44,559 nt of DNA from a virus: the IMG/VR virus record IMGVR_UViG_3300045988_062990, one strand, 5' to 3'. The position numbers were made by a program, and so were the translations under genes. How positions within the stretch are numbered: the first letter of the stretch is position 1; the number at the start of each line of letters is the position of its first letter. This document shows positions 17,688-24,825 of the stretch, in pieces. The notes under the pieces are model-generated. The model worked only from the letters and a program-made list of their open reading frames with translations. It was not told where the DNA came from and ran no database searches.

Positions 17688-19205
17688 ATGGCAAGTGACA
17701 GAGAACTTTTTGAACTGAGCAACGGCAGGTGCATTATGGACGAAGACCTGTCCGACAAAATGTATATTATCAAGTCCTATCACCCCGAACGGGCAGACGA
17801 AACCTCCTCCGGCTTTGAGTGGTCTGAAATGGGTATGGCAAACCTGTTCGGTATGCTCTACAACCGTGAAGCGCGGTACTGCACCGAACACAAGAGTTGG
17901 TACACCTACTTTGAGGGGGCGTGGCGTAAGGACGAGGGTGCAATCCTTGTCTCCGAGAAAATCAAGGACTTTGTTCGCTTGATGATACTCTACTGCGGCG
18001 AGATTACGGACGATGATACCCGCAAGGCGTACACCTCGTTCGTGAACAAGATGGGTGACAGGCGTATGCGCGACCGCATACTCAAGGACGCAACAGGTGA
18101 ACTCCGCATTTCTGCTACGGATTTCGACTCCAACCCCTACCTCATCAACTGTCTCAACGGTACTTACTCTTTGGAGGACTACTCGTTCCGTGAACCACGG
18201 TGGGACGATTTTCTCACAATGCAGACCCGTTTCCGGCACACAGTACGCCGTGATGTGAAGTGTAAGCGGTGGGAACAGTTCATTGATGAAGTCACACAGG
18301 GCGATAAGGATAAAGCCGACTTCCTGCAACGCGCCCTTGGGTACTCCATGCTTGGCATGAGCAATGAGGAGTGTATGTTTATCCTCCATGGTAAAACGAC
18401 CCGCAACGGCAAGTCTACTCTGCTCAACACCATTGAGTATATGCTTGGGGATTACGCCAAGGTTGCCCCTGTCGGTATGATTTGTCGAGGTGACAGACAG
18501 AAAGACGTGGAAGCCGCTTCCCCTACCCTTGCAGGACTGAAAGGCAAACGGTTTGTCACGATGAGCGAGAGCAACGAGTACGGCAAACTGGACGAGGAGA
18601 AAATCAAACAGCTTACAGGCGGCGAGGAAATCTCCGCTCGTGCGCTCTATCAGACCGCTATCACCTATCGCCCTCAGTTTACTTTGTGGCTCTCCTGTAA
18701 TGACCTGCCGATGGTTACGGACAAGTCCCTGTTCGCTTCACAGCGTATCAAGGTGATTGAGTTCAATCGACACTTTACGCCGGAGGAGCAGGACACTCAC
18801 CTCAAGGACGAGCTGACCTCCACGGAAGCTATGAGCGGCATTTTCATGTGGCTTGTGCGCGGATATATCAAGTACAAGGAAAACGGTCTCGCAATGTCCA
18901 AGAGCTTGTCTGATGTGGTCGAGCGGTATGAGCGGGACAACGACCTTGTGTTGCAGTTCCTTGAAAACCGCTGTGTACGACTGACCGACTACTCTGACAA
19001 CAGGACTGACGCTAAGAACAATATTATCAAGGCGAAAGACCTGTATCAAGCGTTCAAGCTGTGGGCGAAGTCTGAGGGAGCGTATGTGCTATCGGCGCGG
19101 AAGTTCAATGCTGAGATGGAACGCCACCCCGAATGGTTTGACCGTAAATCGACTTCCAGTGGATTTATGATTTATTGGGGCTTGAAGCTCAAGGAGGTAG
19201 TATAA
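17688..19205 (+). CDS. D5/P4-family primase-helicase (NTPase)
   Basis: Walker A HGKTTRNGKST, Walker B-like FVTMSE, and the general D5_N/P4 C-terminal layout. Confidence 0.8.
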   Translation: MASDRELFELSNGRCIMDEDLSDKMYIIKSYHPERADETSSGFEWSEMGMANLFGMLYNREARYCTEHKSWYTYFEGAWRKDEGAILVSEKIKDFVRLMILYCGEITDDDTRKAYTSFVNKMGDRRMRDRILKDATGELRISATDFDSNPYLINCLNGTYSLEDYSFREPRWDDFLTMQTRFRHTVRRDVKCKRWEQFIDEVTQGDKDKADFLQRALGYSMLGMSNEECMFILHGKTTRNGKSTLLNTIEYMLGDYAKVAPVGMICRGDRQKDVEAASPTLAGLKGKRFVTMSESNEYGKLDEEKIKQLTGGEEISARALYQTAITYRPQFTLWLSCNDLPMVTDKSLFASQRIKVIEFNRHFTPEEQDTHLKDELTSTEAMSGIFMWLVRGYIKYKENGLAMSKSLSDVVERYERDNDLVLQFLENRCVRLTDYSDNRTDAKNNIIKAKDLYQAFKLWAKSEGAYVLSARKFNAEMERHPEWFDRKSTSSGFMIYWGLKLKEVV

Positions 19206-19421
19206 ATGAACGCTTCTTGCTTAGATGAGAAAGGACGCTTTAAGTCCTGCCCGTACAGAGTATATACCGATGAGCATAAGGCGGTTTTAAGAGGACAGGG
19301 TGATTTTACCTCACAGTGTTTTTACCCGTGCATTGGCGAGGGGTGCATTGCATATCATGTGGGCGTTTGCCTACGCCTTGCCGCCGCGCTAAAGGAGGAC
19401 TTGAAAAATGACGAACGATGA
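19206..19421 (+). CDS. Cys-rich small protein
   Basis: 71 aa with several Cys pairs. The ATG immediately follows the upstream stop. Confidence 0.55.
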   Translation: MNASCLDEKGRFKSCPYRVYTDEHKAVLRGQGDFTSQCFYPCIGEGCIAYHVGVCLRLAAALKEDLKNDER

Positions 19422-19770
19422 ACGCCGCCCGACAGGGCTACTCCATTCTGCTGACGAACTGCGTCAGCTTATCCGTGAAAATCCTACCCTCCCGCTCATC
19501 GTGTTTGCGGGTGAGGAAGCCAACAGCGGGGACTACTCATATATGAGTTGCAGTTATGTCAAGGCATATAAGGGAGAATATCTCGACTGCTCTCAAAGCG
19601 TCAACGACTGTATGTGCTTCACCGACAGGGACGAGTTCGAGGAAGCTGTCGCAGATAGTCTTGCCGACAGGAATTGCACCGATGAGGAGTTTGACGCTCT
19701 TGTGAAAAAAGAAATGGCAGAGTATGACCCCTATTGGAAGCCCTGTATCATTCTGAATGTGGACAACTGA
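19408..19770 (+). CDS. Hypothetical acidic protein
   Basis: Open frame with a 14-nt overlap with the upstream gene. Confidence 0.55.
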   Translation: MTNDERRPTGLLHSADELRQLIRENPTLPLIVFAGEEANSGDYSYMSCSYVKAYKGEYLDCSQSVNDCMCFTDRDEFEEAVADSLADRNCTDEEFDALVKKEMAEYDPYWKPCIILNVDN

Positions 19771-19782
19771 GGAGGTAAAACG

Positions 19783-19956
19783 ATGGCACGATATTTCAAA
19801 CTGGTCGAAATTGACCGCGACAGTTTTATCGAAGCTACGGGAGGTGATTTAGATTGTCTTCAAGTGGTCGATGTATGTGAGGGTATTGGGTATGTTGCTA
19901 TTGCTGATACCGAGACAGAAATGACAATCGACTTAGATGTTTTCGAGGAGGAATGA
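19783..19956 (+). CDS. Small hypothetical protein (57 aa; below the ORF-track cutoff)
   Basis: GAGGAGG at 19769-19775 lies 7 nt before the ATG at 19783. MARYFKLVEIDRDSF... stop at 19954-19956. Confidence 0.5.
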   Translation: MARYFKLVEIDRDSFIEATGGDLDCLQVVDVCEGIGYVAIADTETEMTIDLDVFEEE

Positions 19957-19958
19957 TT

Positions 19959-20153
19959 ATGTTCATTTGGCTCACAAGCCCGACTATCGGGCAGGTGCTT
20001 GTAAATCTCAACCTCGTCACCGCTGTCACTTGCGTACAGAGTAGGAACGCCGTTTGTTTCACAGGCGGCGAGGAGGATTATATCGTGGTTACGGAGTCCC
20101 TTGAGGACATCTACGAGCAGATTCAGTCCGCAGAAAAGAGGTACAGAAAATGA
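19959..20153 (+). CDS. Hypothetical protein
   Basis: GAGGAGGA RBS. The second ATG (19959) has better spacing than 19953. Confidence 0.5.
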   Translation: MFIWLTSPTIGQVLVNLNLVTAVTCVQSRNAVCFTGGEEDYIVVTESLEDIYEQIQSAEKRYRK

Positions 20154-20491
20154 CAATTCCCGAAAAACTGAAAATCGGCGCAAAGGTCTACGGTGTAGAA
20201 ATCACGAACAAGCTCGACTTGGGTAATGTGAATTACTCCGGCGAAATCTCTTACACCGACTTGGTTATCCGTATCTGTCCGAACGCACAGGCAAAAATGG
20301 AAGCCGACTTTCTTCACGAAATGATTCACGGTATGCTCGACCATCTTGGCTATACCGAACACGATGAGAAAAAGGTGGACGAGCTTGCAAATGTGCTTCA
20401 CATGGTAATACTGGACAACCCCGCCGTGTTCGCACCTGTTAAGGAGGGACAGCACGAAAATGTTTGCAATTCAGAATCAGAGGACAGGTAA
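20150..20491 (+). CDS. Putative zinc-metallopeptidase-like protein (HEMIH motif)
   Basis: The HExxH motif LHEMIHGML is the only recognisable feature. Confidence 0.45.
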   Translation: MTIPEKLKIGAKVYGVEITNKLDLGNVNYSGEISYTDLVIRICPNAQAKMEADFLHEMIHGMLDHLGYTEHDEKKVDELANVLHMVILDNPAVFAPVKEGQHENVCNSESEDR

Positions 20492-20699
20492 GTTCCTCTA
20501 TGGTACAGACTACCGTTACAATCCCCCACGACAGAGAACGAGCTTCAATGAAATGCGTACCTACTCCGATTTGAGATATGCCGTAGCTGACTACAACAAT
20601 CGCAGGTGTGGGAAAGACTATCGCATTGTAGTCCTCAAATCGGTAGAGGTCAAGCGAGTTATCGACTATGACTGTGAGGAGGGTTACGCATGGAAATGA
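20460..20699 (+). CDS. Hypothetical protein
   Basis: AAGGAGGG lies 11 nt upstream of the ATG. Confidence 0.55.
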   Translation: MFAIQNQRTGKFLYGTDYRYNPPRQRTSFNEMRTYSDLRYAVADYNNRRCGKDYRIVVLKSVEVKRVIDYDCEEGYAWK

Positions 20700-20971
20700 G
20701 AAAATGCGGTGTTCTCGCTTTCTGCTTGATGGTATTACTTGGTGCTACCGCCTGTTCCGCAGGGCGGGACATCAGCCCAACTTACCCGAAAGTAGAATAC
20801 CGCAACAGCTCCTACAATCTCGACCCGTACAACCGTGAAATCCCCATCGAGAGCGGGTATGTATTGGACGAAGCACATTCCTATGATGTGATGGAAACCG
20901 AGGACGGGTACGACATTGTTCTTCATTTCGTGAAAGGCGGTGAGACCGATGGAAATGAAAATGCTGACTGA
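20690..20971 (+). CDS. Putative lipoprotein
   Basis: Signal peptide MEMRKCGVLAFCLMVLLGATAC with a lipobox-like ATAC. Confidence 0.55.
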   Translation: MEMRKCGVLAFCLMVLLGATACSAGRDISPTYPKVEYRNSSYNLDPYNREIPIESGYVLDEAHSYDVMETEDGYDIVLHFVKGGETDGNENAD

Positions 20972-21131
20972 GCTTTCGGGTATGCTTGAGGACATAAATC
21001 CCGTGGAAATTACCTCTCACATACTGGACGGAACGCTCATGTCGTGGCTTGCGAGTTGGAAAATGAAGTCTCAGATGTTGGTGGCTTTCCTGCTCGAAAA
21101 TGAAAAAGCTCGATTATCCGAATCGGATTGA
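20940..21131 (+). CDS. Hypothetical small protein (start uncertain)
   Basis: Last ORF of the early operon. Its 3' end overlaps the first iteron. Confidence 0.4.
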   Translation: MRPMEMKMLTELSGMLEDINPVEITSHILDGTLMSWLASWKMKSQMLVAFLLENEKARLSESD

Positions 21132-21320
21132 AAAATAATCCTAAACGACATTAGGGAGATAATCCTAATCGGATTGGAAAATAATCTTTTCGACTTTTGG
21201 ATTTTCAGACCGAAATCGGAGGGGCGTAGACAAAGGAGATAATTTCTTATCCGAATTAGATACCGATGTTTTTGGGCGGTTGTCCTAATCGGATTGAGAA
21301 ATAGTCTTGTTCGGATTGAA
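21121..21320. repeat. Iteron-like direct repeats AATCGGATTGrrAAATArTC (3 full copies plus 1 partial)
   Basis: Copies at 21121-21140, 21167-21186 and 21287-21306, with a partial copy starting at 21309. Each has the core 9-bp dyad AATCGGATT. Confidence 0.75.
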
Positions 21321-21332
21321 TTGAGGTTTTTC

Positions 21333-21445
21333 AAGTAGTCAAAGTAGTTGTTTTTAAGGTTTTGCGTGTAACTTCCTCTATATAGGAAAATCCCTACTAT
21401 AAGAAGTTACACGCAAAAACCGATTTTTAACTACTTAGACTACTT
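21333..21445. repeat. Palindromic site 2, inverted partner of site 1
   Basis: Perfect 16-nt inverted repeats TTTTGCGTGTAACTTC / GAAGTTACACGCAAAA flank a 27-bp AT-rich centre. The outer arms match site 1 (48/48 and 35/35 in reverse complement). Confidence 0.85.
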
Positions 21446-21465
21446 TTACCCAAGAAGAATAAGAA

Positions 21466-21519
21466 GAAAAGAGGACTCTCCGGCTTGAAAAGAGGACTCT
21501 CACGCGACTATACGACTTT
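21466..21519. repeat. Direct repeats upstream of terS: 2x GAAAAGAGGACTCTC, then CGACTAT and CGACTTT
   Basis: Exact 15-mers at 21466-21480 and 21487-21501 (21-nt period). Heptamers at 21505-21511 and 21513-21519. Confidence 0.8.
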
Positions 21520-21537
21520 ACGGAGGTGCATTGAAAA

Positions 21538-22125
21538 ATGGCAGTGAAAAAAGAGCAGAAAGATGTGCAGGTGATTAAGAAAAAGCCCCGTGGTGGAAAC
21601 TCGCCTGTCATTGGTGATAACGGGCTTATGCTTGAAAAGGGAGACAATGCAAAGATTTTGCAAGTCAATATGGCATTGATGAAAATGCCGGAGATTGACC
21701 TTGACGATGTGGAAGCAGTTGAAAACAGGTTGATGGAATATTTTAGCCTGTATGCTCAAGCTGATATGAAACCTACGGTCGTTGGTATGGCGATTGCTCT
21801 GAATGGGCATAGCCGTCAATGGCTGTGGGCTGTTGCTCGTAATGGGGCTATCAATGGTAGGGGTGAAACGGTCAACCTGCGCCCGGAGGTGGCGAACGCC
21901 ATTAAAAAGGCGTACTTTTTAATGGAAAATCAGTGGGAAACCTACATGAACAGCGGCAAAATTAACCCCGTCAGCGGTATCTTCCTTGGCAAGAACAACT
22001 ACGGCTACCAAGACAAGACCGAGTATGTCCTCACTCCCAACACGCAAAACGACTCCGACTATGACGCGGAGGATATTCGACAGCGTTATCTCATCGACTC
22101 TGATAGCGACTCTCAGAGCGACTAA
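21538..22125 (+). CDS. terS: Terminase small subunit
   Basis: N-terminal basic region plus an HTH-like ..[23 protein letters not shown].. segment typical of Firmicutes-phage TerS. It sits at the head of the packaging module. Acidic DSDSDSQSD tail. Confidence 0.7.
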   Translation: MAVKKEQKDVQVIKKKPRGGNSPVIGDNGLMLEKGDNAKILQVNMALMKMPEIDLDDVEAVENRLMEYFSLYAQADMKPTVVGMAIALNGHSRQWLWAVARNGAINGRGETVNLRPEVANAIKKAYFLMENQWETYMNSGKINPVSGIFLGKNNYGYQDKTEYVLTPNTQNDSDYDAEDIRQRYLIDSDSDSQSD

Positions 22126-22164
22126 CGACTCTCGACTCTCAAACGACTTTCGACTATCGACTAT
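22126..22164. repeat. Tandem CGACTNT heptamers (5 copies) immediately after the terS stop
   Basis: CGACTCT CGACTCT(caaa) CGACTTT CGACTAT CGACTAT. Three more CGACT lie in the last terS codons (22095-22123). Confidence 0.8.
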
Positions 22165-22169
22165 CACGC

Positions 22170-22226
22170 AGACCGCCCGGACGGGAAAGCGGCTCACTTG
22201 CCGCCACCGTTGGGCGGTCTTTTTGT
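22170..22226 (+). terminator. Intrinsic terminator after terS
   Basis: Stem AGACCGCCC (22170-22178) / GGGCGGTCT (22212-22220) with a nested GCGGC/GCCGC hairpin, followed by TTTT. Confidence 0.55.
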
Positions 22227-22391
22227 GCGGATTTTTCACGGATTTTTGGGGATTTCGCCCCGTTCCTATTAACGCTTTAATGCAATAAAGCAAAATACTC
22301 CATTGACGGGCGGCGGCGCGGGGTGAATTTTGTTATATAATAAGTAGGATTTGAAATAATCCGAAAAAGATAAAAAATATTGAAAAAAGGG

Positions 22392-22420
22392 TTGACAATT
22401 CGGAAAAGGCGAATTATACT
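22392..22420 (+). promoter_or_regulatory. Promoter of the accessory island; a near copy of the early promoter at 5512-5540
   Basis: TTGACA-17-TATACT. 23 of 29 positions are identical to 5512-5540, including TTGACAATTC and GAATTATACT. It carries a TTCGGA half-operator. Confidence 0.7.
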
Positions 22421-22474
22421 ATAATCACAACAGGACAACAAACAATACAAAACAGATTATAGGAGGTTTACAAA

Positions 22475-22813
22475 ATGCGAATTTACGAATTGACGCCGGG
22501 CGGCTATGACCGTGCAAAATCCTTTTACGGGAAAGCGAAAGTTATTGAAACGGACGGAGAAACGCTTTTACAATCCTATGATACTACCGTTTGTAAGATT
22601 GATAAAAGCGGCGAATTTGTCCGAATGTGGAGCGGGTACAGTGTTACCACAATGCGCCATATCAACGCATTTATTGAAATGTTCGGCATTTCGGGCGGCG
22701 GTAAAAAGTGGTGGGACGCGCTCCCGGTGGAGGAAAAGCCCCGCGGCGGCGCGGATATGACCCCCGCCGAAAGTCTAAAAGCAATGTACGCAAGACGCGC
22801 CGCGAATTATTGA
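22475..22813 (+). CDS. Hypothetical protein (island gene 1)
   Basis: AGGAGG RBS. MRIYELTPGGYDRAKSFYGKAKV... I cannot name a family. Confidence 0.7.
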   Translation: MRIYELTPGGYDRAKSFYGKAKVIETDGETLLQSYDTTVCKIDKSGEFVRMWSGYSVTTMRHINAFIEMFGISGGGKKWWDALPVEEKPRGGADMTPAESLKAMYARRAANY

Positions 22814-22827
22814 GGAGGTAAAGAAAA

Positions 22828-23172
22828 ATGAAATTCAAGACAACACAAAAAGCAATCCGGGCGAATTACAACAAAATTATTTGTGTTCCCTATTGCGGTT
22901 TACAAAACCTATTGAATTATGAAAGCCCGGTTGCGTACACGGTACGCCGTGAGGGGTGGGCGGCTGATATTTACGATATGGGCGGCGGGGTTGCTATTGT
23001 AACAGGTTATGCGCCGTTCGGAAATATTCGCCCGTCCTATGAATTGCGGGAACGGTACGAAACAGGCGCGGAAAAAATCCGGGAGTATTACAATTTCGAT
23101 TATGAAAAATGTAAAACCCGGTTGCGTGCGGCTATTCGTGAATTTATTGAGGAGGTAACACGCCATGAATAA
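22828..23172 (+). CDS. Hypothetical protein (island gene 2)
   Basis: GAGGAGG RBS. No family recognised. Confidence 0.7.
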   Translation: MKFKTTQKAIRANYNKIICVPYCGLQNLLNYESPVAYTVRREGWAADIYDMGGGVAIVTGYAPFGNIRPSYELRERYETGAEKIREYYNFDYEKCKTRLRAAIREFIEEVTRHE

Positions 23173-23423
23173 ACGGGAATATTGTGAAAGCCGGGAAAGC
23201 ATTGCATATTATAGCGGCTTGAATGGGCTTGAAATAAAGGGCATTGAATACGGTATAAACGATTTTGTTTATTGCGTTTCGGGTTGTTGGTATGGCGGGA
23301 AAGCCGCGCGGCGTTTCCACCGTTGTAAAATCTACTACCCCGCAAACGGGAAAGACAGCGCATTTTTTTAGGGTACACGGGTACAAAATCCCGCTTGATG
23401 AATGTATTAGAATGGGGGTTTAA
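23165..23423 (+). pseudogene. Island gene 3, interrupted by a +1 frame change at a T7 run (23363-23369)
   Basis: Frame 0 stops at 23371. The +1 frame continues with coding-like ..RVHGYKIPLDECIRMGV and stops at 23421-23423, just before the next ATG (23426). Confidence 0.55.
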
Positions 23424-23425
23424 TT

Positions 23426-23752
23426 ATGAAATATTGGCAATTTGTGAATTGGGAACCCGCGCCGATTGAAAGCGCGTTAAAATCCCGCGTTGCTGTCGCT
23501 ATTGCGGCATACGAAAACGGTGATAAAAACGCCATAAAGGAATATTACAGGCAATCCGCGACAGTGGAAACACTGAAAAACCCCGTTGTTAAAATTGGCG
23601 GGTGGGCGTTTTCATTGCGTGAGTTTTGCCGGGTGTATTGGGTAAAAGTCCGCTATTATGGAATTATGGAGCTATACGCGCCGAACAAATCCGCTATTTA
23701 TTCCGTGTTGGGTAAATATCATGTTTTGAAAATACAGGAGGTCGAACAATGA
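23426..23752 (+). CDS. Hypothetical protein (island gene 4)
   Basis: Open frame, tightly packed with its neighbours. Confidence 0.65.
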   Translation: MKYWQFVNWEPAPIESALKSRVAVAIAAYENGDKNAIKEYYRQSATVETLKNPVVKIGGWAFSLREFCRVYWVKVRYYGIMELYAPNKSAIYSVLGKYHVLKIQEVEQ

Positions 23753-24015
23753 ACATTGATAGTACTATGAAAGAATTAGCGGAATATATCCGCATGGGTG
23801 AGGAAATAGCCGCAAACATTGACGCATTGAAAGACGCGCTAAAACAGTACATGAGGGAAACAGGCGTTGACAGCTTGACGGGAACGGAACATAAAGCAAG
23901 TTATAAAGCGGTTGTTTCCTCCCGCATTGATACCACGGCACTAAAAAAGGACGCGCCCGAAATAGCCGCGAAATATACCCGGACAACGGAAAGCCGCCGC
24001 TTTACATTCGCATAA
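23749..24015 (+). CDS. Hypothetical coiled-coil protein (island gene 5)
   Basis: ATGA overlap with the upstream gene. Helical sequence. Confidence 0.65.
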   Translation: MNIDSTMKELAEYIRMGEEIAANIDALKDALKQYMRETGVDSLTGTEHKASYKAVVSSRIDTTALKKDAPEIAAKYTRTTESRRFTFA

Positions 24016-24032
24016 TATAGGAGGGTGAATAA

Positions 24033-24101
24033 ATGACTCTTATTTGTATCTTGCTTTTCCCGTTGGTGGTATTGGCTGAATTGCTAAAAATCAATAAATA
24101 A
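24033..24101 (+). CDS. Possible 22-aa hydrophobic peptide MTLICILLFPLVVLAELLKINK
   Basis: GGAGGG RBS 7 nt upstream. A terminator follows directly. Very short, so uncertain. Confidence 0.35.
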   Translation: MTLICILLFPLVVLAELLKINK

Positions 24102-24106
24102 CAGGC

Positions 24107-24135
24107 AAGCCCCGCTATTATTGGCGGGGCTTTTC
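24107..24135 (+). terminator. Intrinsic terminator
   Basis: Stem AAGCCCCGC / GCGGGGCTT, an 8-nt loop, then TTTT-like TTCC. Confidence 0.65.
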
Positions 24136-24268
24136 CTATGCCCTATTATAGCCGCTGTATGGGGCTTTATTGCGTTAGTGGTATATGGATATACCCCGCT
24201 TATATTATGCCCGTTGTGGGGCGTTCTGTTGCGCTGTGGGCGGTATGCCTTGCAAGCGGTATTAATGC

Positions 24269-24420
24269 GGGGCGCGTTCGGGAGTCTGTCAAGCTGTCCG
24301 GCGTTACTGTCGTTCGGGTGTAGTTTATTGACAGGGGCGCGGGGCGCGTTCAATAGGGTTGTTTTTCGCGTTTTGGCGGTACTGTCACGGGCGCGAAATG
24401 CTATTGACAGCGGACGCGGG
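24269..24420. other. GC-rich non-coding tract with repeated motifs and TGTC/GACA dyads (candidate recombinase res-like site or structured RNA)
   Basis: GGGGCGCGTTC occurs twice (24269-24279, 24341-24351). TATTGACAG+CGCGGG occurs twice (24326-24343, 24402-24420). Dyad TGTCA-N17-TGACA at 24383-24409. Confidence 0.4.
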
Positions 24421-24540
24421 ACGGCGTGAGGGCATACCCCCGGAGGGGGAACGCGCCCCGCCGCCGTGCCGGGAGGGAGTACGGCGAGTAGCCGAAAATT
24501 TCAAAAAGAATAAAAAGGACTATAAATTATCTTTTTCGTA

Positions 24541-24569
24541 TTGACATTCATCTTCCCTTGTGCTACACT
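24541..24569 (+). promoter_or_regulatory. Promoter TTGACA-17-TACACT for the HTH-recombinase-lipoprotein operon
   Basis: TTGACA at 24541-24546, a 17-nt spacer, TACACT at 24564-24569. Confidence 0.55.
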
Positions 24570-24597
24570 AATCTCACAAACAAAAGGAGGACGCACT

Positions 24598-24810
24598 ATG
24601 GTACGCAATAATATTGAACTCGATGTAAAGGTCAAGTGTGTGGAACAAGGTATCACACAGCTTGCCGTTGCGGAGAAAGTTGGGACTACGGGTCAGTATG
24701 TCAACAGAATCGTCAAGAAAAAGGACGGTATTATGAACAAGACTTTCGTGGAAATCATGGAAGCCCTTGGGTATGATATTGAGTTGACATATATCCCGCG
24801 AGAAAAGTAA
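24598..24810 (+). CDS. XRE-family HTH protein (70 aa)
   Basis: AAAGGAGG RBS before the ATG at 24598. ..GITQLAVAEKVGTTGQYVNRIV.. HTH. Confidence 0.7.
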   Translation: MVRNNIELDVKVKCVEQGITQLAVAEKVGTTGQYVNRIVKKKDGIMNKTFVEIMEALGYDIELTYIPREK

Positions 24811-24825
24811 ATCGGAGGTGGGTAC

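Noticed and set aside
21121-21320. The short repeats might have been a CRISPR array.
   Set aside because: The units are only ~20 bp with irregular 22-120-bp spacing, there are 3-4 copies, and no cas genes are present. This fits protein-binding iterons better.
24121-24429. A 102-aa + strand ORF in the GC-rich tract (hydrophobic, Cys/Leu/Gly-rich).
   Set aside because: It starts with a TTG inside a terminator stem and has no RBS. GC-rich non-coding DNA readily gives long open frames. It is kept only as a non-coding tract of interest.
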